Shown here one piece after another: positions 17,806 to 28,236 of a DNA stretch of 38,799 nucleotides; within the stretch, counting starts at the first letter, position 1, and the number at the start of each line of letters is the position of its first letter. Position numbers and translations under genes: made by a program. The notes beneath the pieces were generated by a model. That model was not told the origin of the DNA, ran no database searches, and was given only the letters and a program-made list of their open reading frames with translations. The stretch covers positions 1 to 38,799 of the forward strand of contig PHCA01000014.1 in assembly GCA_002842085.1 (NCBI GenBank), written 5' to 3'. The stretch comes from Chloroflexi bacterium HGW-Chloroflexi-1. GTDB taxonomy: Bacteria; Chloroflexota; Anaerolineae; CG2-30-64-16.

Positions 17806-18939
17806 ATGTTCAATTCACGTCTCGCCTCCATCATCCGCAAGGAATTCATCCAGATCACGCGCGACAAACGCACGCTGATCATCATCCTGGTCATCCCCAT
17901 CCTGCAGTTGTTCCTGCTGGGTTATGCCGCCACCAGCGATATCCGCAACGTCCCACTGGCGGTCTTCGACCAGTGCCAGTGTGCCGAATCGCGCTCCCTG
18001 CTGGATGCTTACCGCGTCGCCGACTACTTCCGCCTGGCCTACATGGTCGGCGCTGAGGACGAGATCCGCGTCCTCATCGAGCAGGGCGACGCCCGCGCCG
18101 GTCTCATCATCCCGCCGGATTACAACACCGCCCTGGCGCAGGGCGAGGCCGAAGTGGCGTTCATCCTGGATGGATCGGACGCCACCGCCGGGTCCACCGC
18201 GCTGGCGGCGGCCACGCTGATCGGCCAGGCCCACGCCACGGACCTGATGCTGGAACGGCTGGAGCGCTCCGGCATGAACGTCGAAACCTTCCAGCCGCCG
18301 GTCACGGTGCATACGCGCGTCTGGTACAACCCCGATCTGGTCAGTGCCTATTTCATGATCCCCGGCGTGATTGGCATGATTTTGTATGCTATCACCTCGA
18401 TCCTCACCGCCACTGCCATCGTGCGCGAGCGCGAACGCGGCACCATCGAACAACTCATCGTCACCCCCATCCGTCCCTGGGAGCTGGTGGTCGGCAAAAT
18501 CCTGCCCTACGTCATCCTGGCCTTCATCGACGCGCTCGAAGTGCTGGCCATCGGTCACTGGTGGTTCGGCGTGCCGGTGCGCGGCGACTTGAGCCTCATC
18601 CTGGGCTGTTCCGGTCTGCTGCTCTTATCTGGTCTCGGAATTGGGCTGTTCGTCTCCACCATCGCCAACACCCAGCAGGAGGCCATGCTGACGGTTTGGA
18701 TGACGCTCCTGCCCAGCATCTTCCTCTCCGGTTTTTTCTTCCCGCTGGAAGCCATGCCGAAAGTGTTGCAGTGGATTTCCTACGCCATCCCGCTGCGCTA
18801 CTACCTCATCATCATTCGCGCCCTGCTCATCAAGGGCGTCGGGGCCGGCCCTATCTGGAGTGAAATCCTGGCCCTGACAATTTTTGGCATCGTGATCATG
18901 GGCGCGGCCTCCCTGCGCTTCCGCAAACGTCTTGACTAA
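17806..18939 (+). CDS. ABC-2 type exporter permease (YbhS/YbhR-like)
   Basis: RKEFIQITRDKRTL, RVWYNP, RERERGTIEQLIVTP, LSGFFFPLEAMP. Confidence 0.92.
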   Translation: MFNSRLASIIRKEFIQITRDKRTLIIILVIPILQLFLLGYAATSDIRNVPLAVFDQCQCAESRSLLDAYRVADYFRLAYMVGAEDEIRVLIEQGDARAGLIIPPDYNTALAQGEAEVAFILDGSDATAGSTALAAATLIGQAHATDLMLERLERSGMNVETFQPPVTVHTRVWYNPDLVSAYFMIPGVIGMILYAITSILTATAIVRERERGTIEQLIVTPIRPWELVVGKILPYVILAFIDALEVLAIGHWWFGVPVRGDLSLILGCSGLLLLSGLGIGLFVSTIANTQQEAMLTVWMTLLPSIFLSGFFFPLEAMPKVLQWISYAIPLRYYLIIIRALLIKGVGAGPIWSEILALTIFGIVIMGAASLRFRKRLD

Positions 18940-18948
18940 GGAGTTTCC

Positions 18949-20289
18949 ATGAAACACAAACGCCCCCCCGTTCCTGTGATTATCGTCCTCGCGCTGGCCG
19001 TCCTGGCCGCCGCCTATTGCGGCATCCGCGCCCTGCTCGACAAGGGTGACGGCGCGCTCTCCGCTTCCGGCGCCATCGAAGCCATCACAGTGACCCTCTC
19101 GCCCGAACTCGGCGGCAAGGTCGCCGAAGTCTACGTGGACGAAGGCGGCGTGATAAAAGCCGGCGACCAACTCTTCCGTCTGGACGACACCCTGCTCCAG
19201 GCCCAGCGCGCCGTCGCCGCGGCCTCTCTGGACCTGGCGACTGCCGCCGCCAAAACCGCGGCTGCCGCCCTGGCGACTGCTCGAGCGAACTACGAGCTGA
19301 CGCTGGACGCCGCTCGCGCTGAATCCGCTACCACTCGCACCTCAGACTGGCGCGCCGCCAACCCGGCCGGCTACACCCTGCCCGGCGGCTATTTTGGCCG
19401 CGCCGACCGGATCGCGGCTGCCCAGGCCGAAGTAGACACAGCCAGGTCTGCCCGCGCTGCCGCACAGGCCAGTCTCCATACCCGGCTGGTTGACGCGGTC
19501 AACGCGGATTTCGTTGCCGCCGAGACGCGCCTCGTCAACGCGCGCGCCGCTTCCATCGTTGCCCAGGATGTGCTGACGCGCACCAATCTCTCCACCAACG
19601 CCGCCCTGTGCGCCGCCGCCCAGACCGCCTACGACGCCGCCGATACCGAATTGGCCGCCGCCCAGACCGCCTATGATGACCTGAAAAACAGCGCCGCCGC
19701 CCAAGCCACCCTCACCGCCCGCGCCGGCCTGGCCGTAGCCGAGGAGCGTTACCAGTCCGCGCAGGACGAACTGCTCCTGCTCCAGACCGGCGTCGACTCG
19801 CCGCGCGTCGCCGCCGCCCAGGCCGTCTTGAATCAGGCCGTGGTCGCCGCCGAACAGGCGCGCCTCGCCATTGCCCAGTCCGAAGCCAGCCTGGCTTTGA
19901 TTGACACCCAGATTGCCAAACTGACCGGCATCGCCCCGGCTGATGGCGTCATTCTCACCCGCGCCATCCAGCCCGGTGAAGTCGTCGCCCCCGGTGGCAC
20001 GGCCCTCACCCTCGGCCGCCTCGATGACCTGACCATCACCGTCTACGTCCCCGAAGACCGCTACGGCGAGATCTCCCTCGGCCAGTCTGCCACCGTCAGC
20101 GTGGACTCCTTCCCCGGCGAGACGTTCACCGCCACTGTCGTCTACATCGCCGACAAAGCGGAATTCACCCCGCGCAACGTCCAGACTGTCGAGGGGCGCG
20201 CCTCCACCGTTTTTGCCATCCGGCTCCAGGTTCAGGACCCGGACGGGACACTCAAACCCGGCATGCCTGCGGACGTGGTTTTTAAGTGA
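18949..20289 (+). CDS. HlyD-family membrane fusion protein (YbhG-like)
   Basis: N-terminal TM, ASGAIEA, Ala-rich coiled coil, APADGVI, AEFTPRNVQT, LKPGMPADV. Confidence 0.92.
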   Translation: MKHKRPPVPVIIVLALAVLAAAYCGIRALLDKGDGALSASGAIEAITVTLSPELGGKVAEVYVDEGGVIKAGDQLFRLDDTLLQAQRAVAAASLDLATAAAKTAAAALATARANYELTLDAARAESATTRTSDWRAANPAGYTLPGGYFGRADRIAAAQAEVDTARSARAAAQASLHTRLVDAVNADFVAAETRLVNARAASIVAQDVLTRTNLSTNAALCAAAQTAYDAADTELAAAQTAYDDLKNSAAAQATLTARAGLAVAEERYQSAQDELLLLQTGVDSPRVAAAQAVLNQAVVAAEQARLAIAQSEASLALIDTQIAKLTGIAPADGVILTRAIQPGEVVAPGGTALTLGRLDDLTITVYVPEDRYGEISLGQSATVSVDSFPGETFTATVVYIADKAEFTPRNVQTVEGRASTVFAIRLQVQDPDGTLKPGMPADVVFK

Positions 20290-21287
20290 TGTCAAATGTC
20301 GAATGTCGAATAATGATTGACGCATCCCATCTTTTCAAATCATTCGGCCATACTCACGCCGTAGAGGACGTTTCTTTACGAGTGAAAGCGGGCGAAATCT
20401 ACGGCCTGGTCGGCTCGGACGGGGCGGGTAAGACCACCACGCTCCGCCTGCTGGTCGGCGCTCTCAAAGCTGACGCGGGCGAGATCGCCGTCTGCGGTTT
20501 CGACGTGCGCAAGCAGGGCGAACAGGCGCGTGCCCACATCGGCTACCTCTCCCAGCGCTTCTCGCTCTACGAAGACTTGACCGTGCTGGAGAACATCCGC
20601 TTCTTCGCCGAAGTGCGCGGCCTCAAGGCGGATGAGTGGCTGCCGCGCTGCATGGAAATCCTCGAGTTCGTCGGGCTGGCAACCTATAAAGACCGCCGCG
20701 CCGGTCAACTCTCAGGGGGCATGAGGCAAAAACTCGGCCTGGCCTCCGCCCTGGTCACCCGCCCAAAGGTGCTCCTGCTCGACGAACCCACCACCGGCGT
20801 TGACCCCGTCACCCGGCAGGACTTCTGGCAGTTGATTATTCGCCTTGTGGCGCCCCCCTCTCCCGCCGGGAGCCCCACGGGGGTGCTGCGCGCAGGGGCC
20901 GGAGGTGAGGGCGAGGGTGTCGCCATCCTCCTGACCACTCCCTACATGGACGAAGCCTCCCGTTGTACCCGCGTCGGCTTCATGCGCGGCGGGAAGATCA
21001 TCGTCGAAGGCGCGCCGTCCGAGTTACGCGCCACGCTCGAGGGCCGCATCCTCGAAGTGCGCGGCCCATCGCTGGCTTCCCTCCGCCAGGCGGCTCAGAA
21101 CATCGACGGCGTGGAAAATGTCCGCGCTTTTGGCGACAAACTGCACCTGCGCGTCGTCTCCGGGCAGGCGGACTCCGTGATCGCGGCCCTGGCGGAGGCT
21201 TTCCCCGCCCGCGCCGGCTCCCGTGTCGAAGCGCGTCTCGTCCCCCCGACGCTGGAGGATGTGTTCATCGCCCTATCGGTAGACTGA
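20289..21287 (+). CDS. ABC exporter ATP-binding protein
   Basis: GSDGAGKT, LSGGM, LLLDEPTTGVDP. Start may alternatively be at 20313. Confidence 0.92.
   Translation: MSNVECRIMIDASHLFKSFGHTHAVEDVSLRVKAGEIYGLVGSDGAGKTTTLRLLVGALKADAGEIAVCGFDVRKQGEQARAHIGYLSQRFSLYEDLTVLENIRFFAEVRGLKADEWLPRCMEILEFVGLATYKDRRAGQLSGGMRQKLGLASALVTRPKVLLLDEPTTGVDPVTRQDFWQLIIRLVAPPSPAGSPTGVLRAGAGGEGEGVAILLTTPYMDEASRCTRVGFMRGGKIIVEGAPSELRATLEGRILEVRGPSLASLRQAAQNIDGVENVRAFGDKLHLRVVSGQADSVIAALAEAFPARAGSRVEARLVPPTLEDVFIALSVD
20853..20912. repeat. GC-rich palindromic repeat inserted in-frame in the ABC ATPase
   Basis: CCCCCTCTCCC...GGGGCCGGAGGTGAGGG encodes an extra PPSPAGSPTGVLRAGAGGEG that is absent from the adjacent paralogue (ELAAGGVTVFVTT). 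Confidence 0.6.
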
Positions 21288-21306
21288 GGTCTCAAAAGGC
21301 TTTTTC

Positions 21307-22218
21307 ATGTCTGAATCCGTTGTCCGCGCTGAAAACCTGACCCGCCGCTTTGGCGACTTTGTGGCCGTGGACCACGTCTCCTTTTCTGTGGAAGAAGGCG
21401 AAATCGTCGGCTACCTCGGCCCAAACGGCTGCGGCAAAACCACCACCATCCGCATGTTGCTCGGCCTGCTCCAGCCCAGCGATGGTCACGCCACGGTGCT
21501 CGGCTTCGACGCCTTCCGCCAGTCCGAGGAGGTGCGGGCGCGGGCCGGGTACATGTCGCAAAAGTTTGCCCTTTACGAAGACCTGACCGTGCTCGAAAAC
21601 CTGACTTTTTACGGCGGTGTTTATGGCATTCGCGAGCAGAAGCAAATAGACGAGACCATGTCGCTGGTCGGGCTGGCAGATCACGGGTCCGAACTGACGC
21701 GGGAACTGTCGGCCGGCTGGCGTCAAAGGCTGGCGCTCGGCATCGCCCTGGTCCACCATCCCAAACTTTTATTTCTCGACGAACCCACCTCGGGCGTGGA
21801 CCCGGCGGCGCGGCGCGTCTTCTGGGATTTGATCTACGAGCTGGCCGCGGGCGGCGTGACCGTCTTCGTCACCACGCACTACATGGACGAGGCCGAGTAC
21901 TGCGGGCGGGTGGGCATCATGCGCGATGGCAAACTGCTGGCGATGGACACGCCCACCGCGCTCAAGGCGAGCGGCATTCCGGGCGACGTGTGGGAAGTCC
22001 ATGCCGAACCGCTGCTGGCAGCGCTGAACGCCTGCGGGACATGCGCCGGGGTACTGCGCGTCGGCCTGGCGGGCGACCACCTGCGAATCATCGCCGAACG
22101 GGGGACAAAAGAGAAGGATTTGCGCGCCGGGCTGAAATCCGCCGGGCTGGCGCTGCGCGAACTGACGCGCGGCGAACCGACGCTGGAGGACGTGTTCCTG
22201 TCGCTGGCGAAGGGATGA
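21307..22218 (+). CDS. ABC exporter ATP-binding protein
   Basis: GPNGCGKT, LSAGW, LFLDEPTSGVDP, TTHYMDEAE. Confidence 0.92.
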   Translation: MSESVVRAENLTRRFGDFVAVDHVSFSVEEGEIVGYLGPNGCGKTTTIRMLLGLLQPSDGHATVLGFDAFRQSEEVRARAGYMSQKFALYEDLTVLENLTFYGGVYGIREQKQIDETMSLVGLADHGSELTRELSAGWRQRLALGIALVHHPKLLFLDEPTSGVDPAARRVFWDLIYELAAGGVTVFVTTHYMDEAEYCGRVGIMRDGKLLAMDTPTALKASGIPGDVWEVHAEPLLAALNACGTCAGVLRVGLAGDHLRIIAERGTKEKDLRAGLKSAGLALRELTRGEPTLEDVFLSLAKG

Positions 22219-22246
22219 TCAGCATTTGTGGACAGCGGGCTAAATT

Positions 22247-22312
22247 AGCCTTGCGAAGGTTTTTGCCCCGACTTGGGCTAGAAATGGCGTCTTCGGGAAC
22301 CTTCGCAAGGCT
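22247..22312. repeat. 66-bp inverted-repeat element, copy 2
   Basis: Near-identical direct copy of 14529-14594. The inverted repeat extends to TTAG...CTAA here. Confidence 0.9.
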
Positions 22313-22422
22313 AACAATGTGCATCAAGACTCTGCGCAAGAGCGACCGGGGGGTGCGCCGTGGATGGCGCGCCGGCTCCGTCGGGTGCGCCCGCGCGAGG
22401 GTTGGCTGATCCTGGCCCTGGC

Positions 22423-22547
22423 CGTCAACGCTTCAGCACGCCGACCACGCCCGACGCGCCACGCGAAATGAAGACACCTTCCAACTGTGTCAACCGACAA
22501 TGCCAGAAAGCCGCGTACGTGGCGTGGTCGGCGTGCGTGTGTCAGGC
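22423..22547 (-). other. attC-like recombination site of cassette 2
   Basis: Minus strand: GCCTGAC-ACAC-GCACGCCGACCACGCC ... GGCGTGGTCGGCGTGC-TGAAGC-GTTGACG. Contains the stop codon of the DUF2442 gene. Confidence 0.75.
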
Positions 22548-22826
22548 GACGGCTTTCTCTCCCGCTATCGTTTCAGCAAGATGGGTTTCAGAAATGCTGT
22601 CCAGGTATAGTGTATCGGGGCATAAGTCTTGACCGTGTTCCCATTGCACACTGCCTAAGAATGGTTTGACCGAGTTGAAGACGCTCATGCTTTTCAACTC
22701 TCGAAATATCCCTATGTTCAGATAGGGTTTCACATCAAAGCGTTTTACTTCGCCATTGGTGAAAACCAAAGTGATTGTGTAATCGAGATTCGGTTTGACC
22801 ATCTTGACTCGCGGATTCATAAACAT
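22542..22826 (-). CDS. DUF2442 family protein (DhiA-like antitoxin)
   Basis: YTITLVFTNGEVKRFDVKPYL...VQWEHGQDLCPDTLY pattern. Paired with DUF4160. Confidence 0.85.
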   Translation of the reverse strand: MFMNPRVKMVKPNLDYTITLVFTNGEVKRFDVKPYLNIGIFRELKSMSVFNSVKPFLGSVQWEHGQDLCPDTLYLDSISETHLAETIAGEKAVA

Positions 22827-22832
22827 CCCCTC

Positions 22833-23102
22833 CTATCTCAAAGGTTCAATCTTGAAAACGTCTTGCCCGTGGCTGGCAAGTTCCCAGTCTGCCATCAGTT
22901 CATCCTGATGGATTTCAATCCATGCCAAAAGCAATTTCAATCTGTTTGCCTTTAGTTCGCCTTCCAGTATCTCGCCGCTTGGGATAGCGATGACTACCTC
23001 TTGGTCTTGATACTTGACGTGAATATGAGGGAGGTGATGCTTGCGAGTATCAAGGAAGTACATTGAGACGATGATGCCGTAGAACATTGATATGACTGCC
23101 AT
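22833..23102 (-). CDS. DUF4160 family protein (DhiT-like toxin)
   Basis: MAVISMFYGIIVSMYF...HHLPHIHVKY...WIEIHQDELMADW...IEPL. Confidence 0.88.
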   Translation of the reverse strand: MAVISMFYGIIVSMYFLDTRKHHLPHIHVKYQDQEVVIAIPSGEILEGELKANRLKLLLAWIEIHQDELMADWELASHGQDVFKIEPLR

Positions 23103-23166
23103 AGATTCACTGCTCCTTATCATCGCGTCGCTTGTGGTACTGCCGTCCTGTCAAAAAAGTGCTGTC

Positions 23167-23259
23167 GCCTAACGCTACAGCACACCGACAACGGCGGACG
23201 AATTGAAAGCACCTTCGATTGCCAGCCGCCCCGCCGTTGTCGGTGTGCGTGTGTTATCT
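23167..23259 (-). other. attC-like recombination site of cassette 1
   Basis: Minus strand: AGATAAC-ACAC-GCACACCGACAACGGCGG ... CCGCCGTTGTCGGTGTGC-TGTAGC-GTTAGGC. Contains the TAA stop of the antitoxin gene. Confidence 0.8.
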
Positions 23260-23529
23260 GCCGCGCGTCGTCTTTTGTACTCCTGGCCGACGGCGCATCT
23301 CCTCGCTGGAGATACCGCCTTCCGCTCTCTGTCGTGCGCGCGAACGCCCAATCAGCGCGATGAATTGAGGATGGGTGCTGAGCGTTATTGTTTCCAAGTC
23401 TGCGTTTTCAACAGACACTAACGCGGCCATAGGTTTTCCGCGCACAGTCAGTATCACTGGCTCTCTACTCACGTCCCGCGCATACTCAGCGAGCGGAGCA
23501 GTTGCCTGCGCCATTTCAAGTGTTCTCAT
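23254..23529 (-). CDS. Phd/YefM-family antitoxin
   Basis: QATAPLAEYA...EPVILTVRGKPMAALV. Confidence 0.85.
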   Translation of the reverse strand: MRTLEMAQATAPLAEYARDVSREPVILTVRGKPMAALVSVENADLETITLSTHPQFIALIGRSRARQRAEGGISSEEMRRRPGVQKTTRGR

Positions 23530-23826
23530 AGGTCAATCACCTCTCTTCCGATGCGAACCCGATTACCTGCTTTGACTCCAACCGCGCGAATGTAAACCAA
23601 AGGTTCAGGGTCTTCTTCCACGTCCATAGTATACCCGAAGGTTGCCGATACGAAGTTCCCATGGGGCCACTGGGTTAGGGCGCATGACCTTGCGGTTCTT
23701 CGTTTCCACCTTCGGCTGATACATCAATTGATCGTCCACCGCATCCAAGACGATTGCTTGTTGTCGCGCGGTCAGTACGCGCATGTGGTCTTCAGCGTCA
23801 GGAGAATAGTCAATTCGATACAGCAA
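23526..23826 (-). pseudogene. RelE/ParE-family toxin with a +1 frameshift
   Basis: YRIDYSPDA...WELRIGNLRVYY. Removing one G at about 23624 restores DVEEDPEPLVYIRAVGVK...VIDL*, whose TGA overlaps the antitoxin ATG. Confidence 0.8.
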
Positions 23827-23869
23827 TGTACTTGCTCCTCAGTGCAAGACTTGGGGGACAAAAGGGCGT

Positions 23870-23949
23870 GGCAGATAACTTACGTTCCACGACACAAAAC
23901 TGTCGGGATAACACCCTCATGGGTGGTATTACCCGCAAGTTCTGTGTCG
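23870..23949 (-). other. attI-like primary insertion site: core site plus 60-bp hairpin
   Basis: Minus-strand GTTATCTGCC (23879-23870) is the exact complement of the inverse core at 23253-23262. Imperfect hairpin at 23890-23949 just after the recombinase stop. Confidence 0.55.
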
Positions 23950-23983
23950 GGTAACCAACCGGGCGCCACGCGCCCGCCAACTC

Positions 23984-24200
23984 CTACAATTGCATGTTGT
24001 CCAGCGGACTCTTGATCCGCGCCAACGCCGGCTGCGTCACGTGCGTGTAACGCTCGGTCGTCTTGATGCTGTCGTGCCCCAGCAATTCCTGGATGTAACC
24101 GATGTCGGTCCCATCTTCCAGCAAGTGCGTCGCGAACCATGTCCTGGGCGAAGTCGAAGGGAAGTGATGCAGCGTGCCGTCGCCCAGGATACCCGCAAGG
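23984..24200 (-). pseudogene. C-terminal remnant of an integron-integrase-related tyrosine recombinase
   Basis: [33 protein letters not shown]...[10 protein letters not shown]. The HxxR box is degenerate and interrupted by a CCCTTCGACTTCGCCCAGGAC insert. No start codon. Confidence 0.85.
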
Positions 24201-24273
24201 CCGCTGGCTATCAGAGGTCAGCTGGATTATAAGACTTCCGAAGCTAAAAGTCTAGGGTTTGTTGCGCACGAAG

Positions 24274-24495
24274 TCACTTTTCGACGCCCTCGAGGCGCAT
24301 CGCCGGTTGACGACGAACCGGCCGCACGGGCTTGGATGAAGGGGCCATGCGCACGTCGCTGCGTCGTTCTGACTGACGGGTCACGATCTCTTGATACTGC
24401 CGTTCCAGGTTCGTCCGGAATTCCTTTGGCGCCCCCAGCACACGCTCCAATTGCACAGCCATTTCGGGAGTGACGGGCGCCTGGCCCTGGATAAT
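24274..24495 (-). pseudogene. HigA-type antitoxin remnant
   Basis: IQGQAPVTPEMAVQLERVLGAPKEFRTNLERQYQE is the C-terminal half of a HigA HTH. The N-terminus is missing. Confidence 0.7.
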
Positions 24496-24773
24496 CCGCC
24501 GTCAGGTTGTTTGGGTATCGGGTCGTTGGCCGGCTCACAGATCAGCCGATAGGGATGATCCAGGTCGAGCGACAATTGGCCTGCCCGGTTGCCGGTCAAC
24601 TCATGACAGCGCACCTGTGGCAACTTCCTCAAATCCTCCAGCACATTGGCAGCACGCAACTGAATCAGGCGCCGTTGGAGAAGCTGCGCCCGGCGCGGGC
24701 CGTGACGTCTGACCAAGAGTTGCCCGGTATTGAATTCTTTGGCCAGCTTGCTGGTCTGAAAAAGAAGGTCCAC
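24493..24773 (-). pseudogene. HigB-type (RelE-fold) toxin truncated at the C-terminus
   Basis: RCHELTGNRAGQLSLDLDHPYRLICEPANDPIPKQPDGGL, then an out-of-frame fusion to the HigA remnant. Confidence 0.75.
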
Positions 24774-24861
24774 GGCGCGGTCTCCCGCGATTCCAATAAA
24801 CGCCGGGTGTCAATCGCATTGTAACTGGCGTGTCCGGTTCTGTCAATGGTTCGAATTGACG

Positions 24862-25074
24862 TTTGACGTGATCCGGGACATCCTGCAGAAGGACGGCGAC
24901 TTCCTCCTCAAAGTGCCGGCCCAGGTCAAGTTCCACCGGACGCAGCGCTTGGCCGATGGCAGTTGGCTGGCCGAGTTGACTGGCAAGATCATCGACCCGG
25001 CAGTTCCGCTTGAAAATCGTTGACGCGGAACTGATTGGAGCACCAGCCAGTTGAAGTTTCATTCACGGGTATTG
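24862..25074 (+). mobile_element. Possible IS4-family transposase fragment and IS end
   Basis: FDVIRDILQKDGDFLLKV...RLADGSWLAEL resembles IS4 DDE transposases. ...CACGGGTATTG resembles an IS4 terminus. Confidence 0.4.
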
Positions 25075-25151
25075 GATTGGGGCTAGTGGGGCATTTGGCA
25101 CGAATATGCCCCTTTTTACCTCTAGTAAAGGGTACAAGCATAGCAAATGCC

Positions 25152-26101
25152 TCACTCGTATTCCCGACTATTCGGCGGCGCCGACACGGTCACGCGCTCG
25201 CGCTCTTCGGGCTCGTCCATCTCGGGCGTGATCACTAGAAACTGGCCGGGGTCGGTGGCAAAGCCGGCCGCGTGGCCTTGTGGGTCGAGCACGAGCAGAT
25301 CGATGCTTCCGCGCCCGGCCCCGGGCAGCGCCAGGTCCTGCATAGCGCGGGCGCCCGCCTCTGCCACGCTGTAGCCCAACTGTAGCAACAGCGACACCGT
25401 GCGCGCTGTGCCCGCGCGGATGGCCACTTCGCCCACGCCGGTGCAGGCCGCCGCCCCCCCACGGTTGTCGGCGTAATAGCCCGCGCCGCAAATGGGCGAA
25501 TCGCCCACCCGGCCGGGGTACTTCCAGGCACAGCCGCTGGTGCTGACGCCGGCGCACAGATTACCCGCCGCGTCCAGCGCCAAAAAGTCGATCGTGCCGC
25601 CGCGTTGGCGCTCGTTCAGCGCCCGCCAGACGAGTGTCACCAGGTCGGGGTGCGTCGGCAATTCCTCGGGCCGCACGCCCGCGTACTGGTTCAGCCGGTC
25701 GAGCCAGGCTTGTTTGGCCTCGGGGGTGAGCAGGTCGCTGCGCTCAGCAGCGATCTCGGCGGCAAAGCGCTCCGCGCCCGCGCCCACCAGGAATACGTGG
25801 GGCAACCGGATCATCACCTGCCGCGCCACCGAGATGGGGTGCGCGAACCCGCGCAGGGCGGCGACGGCCCCCACAGCGCGGTTGGAACCGTCCATAATGC
25901 CCGCGTCCAGTTGCACCTCGCCCAGAATATTGGGATAGCCGCCCAGCCCCACGCTGTGATCCTGCGCGTTCAGCTCAACCTGGCGGATGCCCGCCTCGAC
26001 AGCGTCTAGGGCTGAACCGCCAGCGCGCAGGGCGTCGCGCGCAGCCTTCATGCCCAGGCGACCAGTGACGCCAGATACAACGATCACGATGCCAGACTCC
26101 T

Positions 26102-26105
<4 letters not shown>
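25152..26105 (-). CDS. Ntn-hydrolase, isoaspartyl peptidase/L-asparaginase (glycosylasparaginase) family
   Basis: SVGLGGYP, LDAGIMDG, GGTI (Thr nucleophile), STSG...PGRVGDSPICGAG, TGVGE. Confidence 0.9.
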
Positions 26106-27091
<986 letters not shown>

Positions 27092-27095
27092 CACG

Positions 27096-28124
<1,029 letters not shown>

Positions 28125-28152
28125 TTCAGGCTCCGGGTGCGCCGATCAGGTC

Positions 28153-28232
28153 GCGTTCAAAAATAACTTAGTTGTTTCGCGGTAAAATTGCACGGAAGAG
28201 CGGCCTGAAAGTACGGAGTTATTTTTGAACGC
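28153..28232. mobile_element. 80-bp MITE-like element with perfect 16-bp inverted ends
   Basis: GCGTTCAAAAATAACT ... AGTTATTTTTGAACGC. Shares the AAATAACT core and size with 107-185. Confidence 0.7.
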
Positions 28233-28236
28233 TTAC

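Noticed and set aside
17301-17900. 199-aa minus-strand ORF and 96-aa plus-strand ORF at 17425
   Set aside because: They run through the tandem repeat or antisense to the permease, with no motifs. The region looks like decayed sequence.
22309-22410. Third attC-like site
   Set aside because: Has GCCAAC and GTTAGCC ends and a GCACCCGAC-like word, but no good stem. The GTT end belongs to the 66-bp repeat.
23880-24140. 86-aa ORF in the ORF track
   Set aside because: Wrong frame. The real coding signal is the recombinase remnant ending at 23984.
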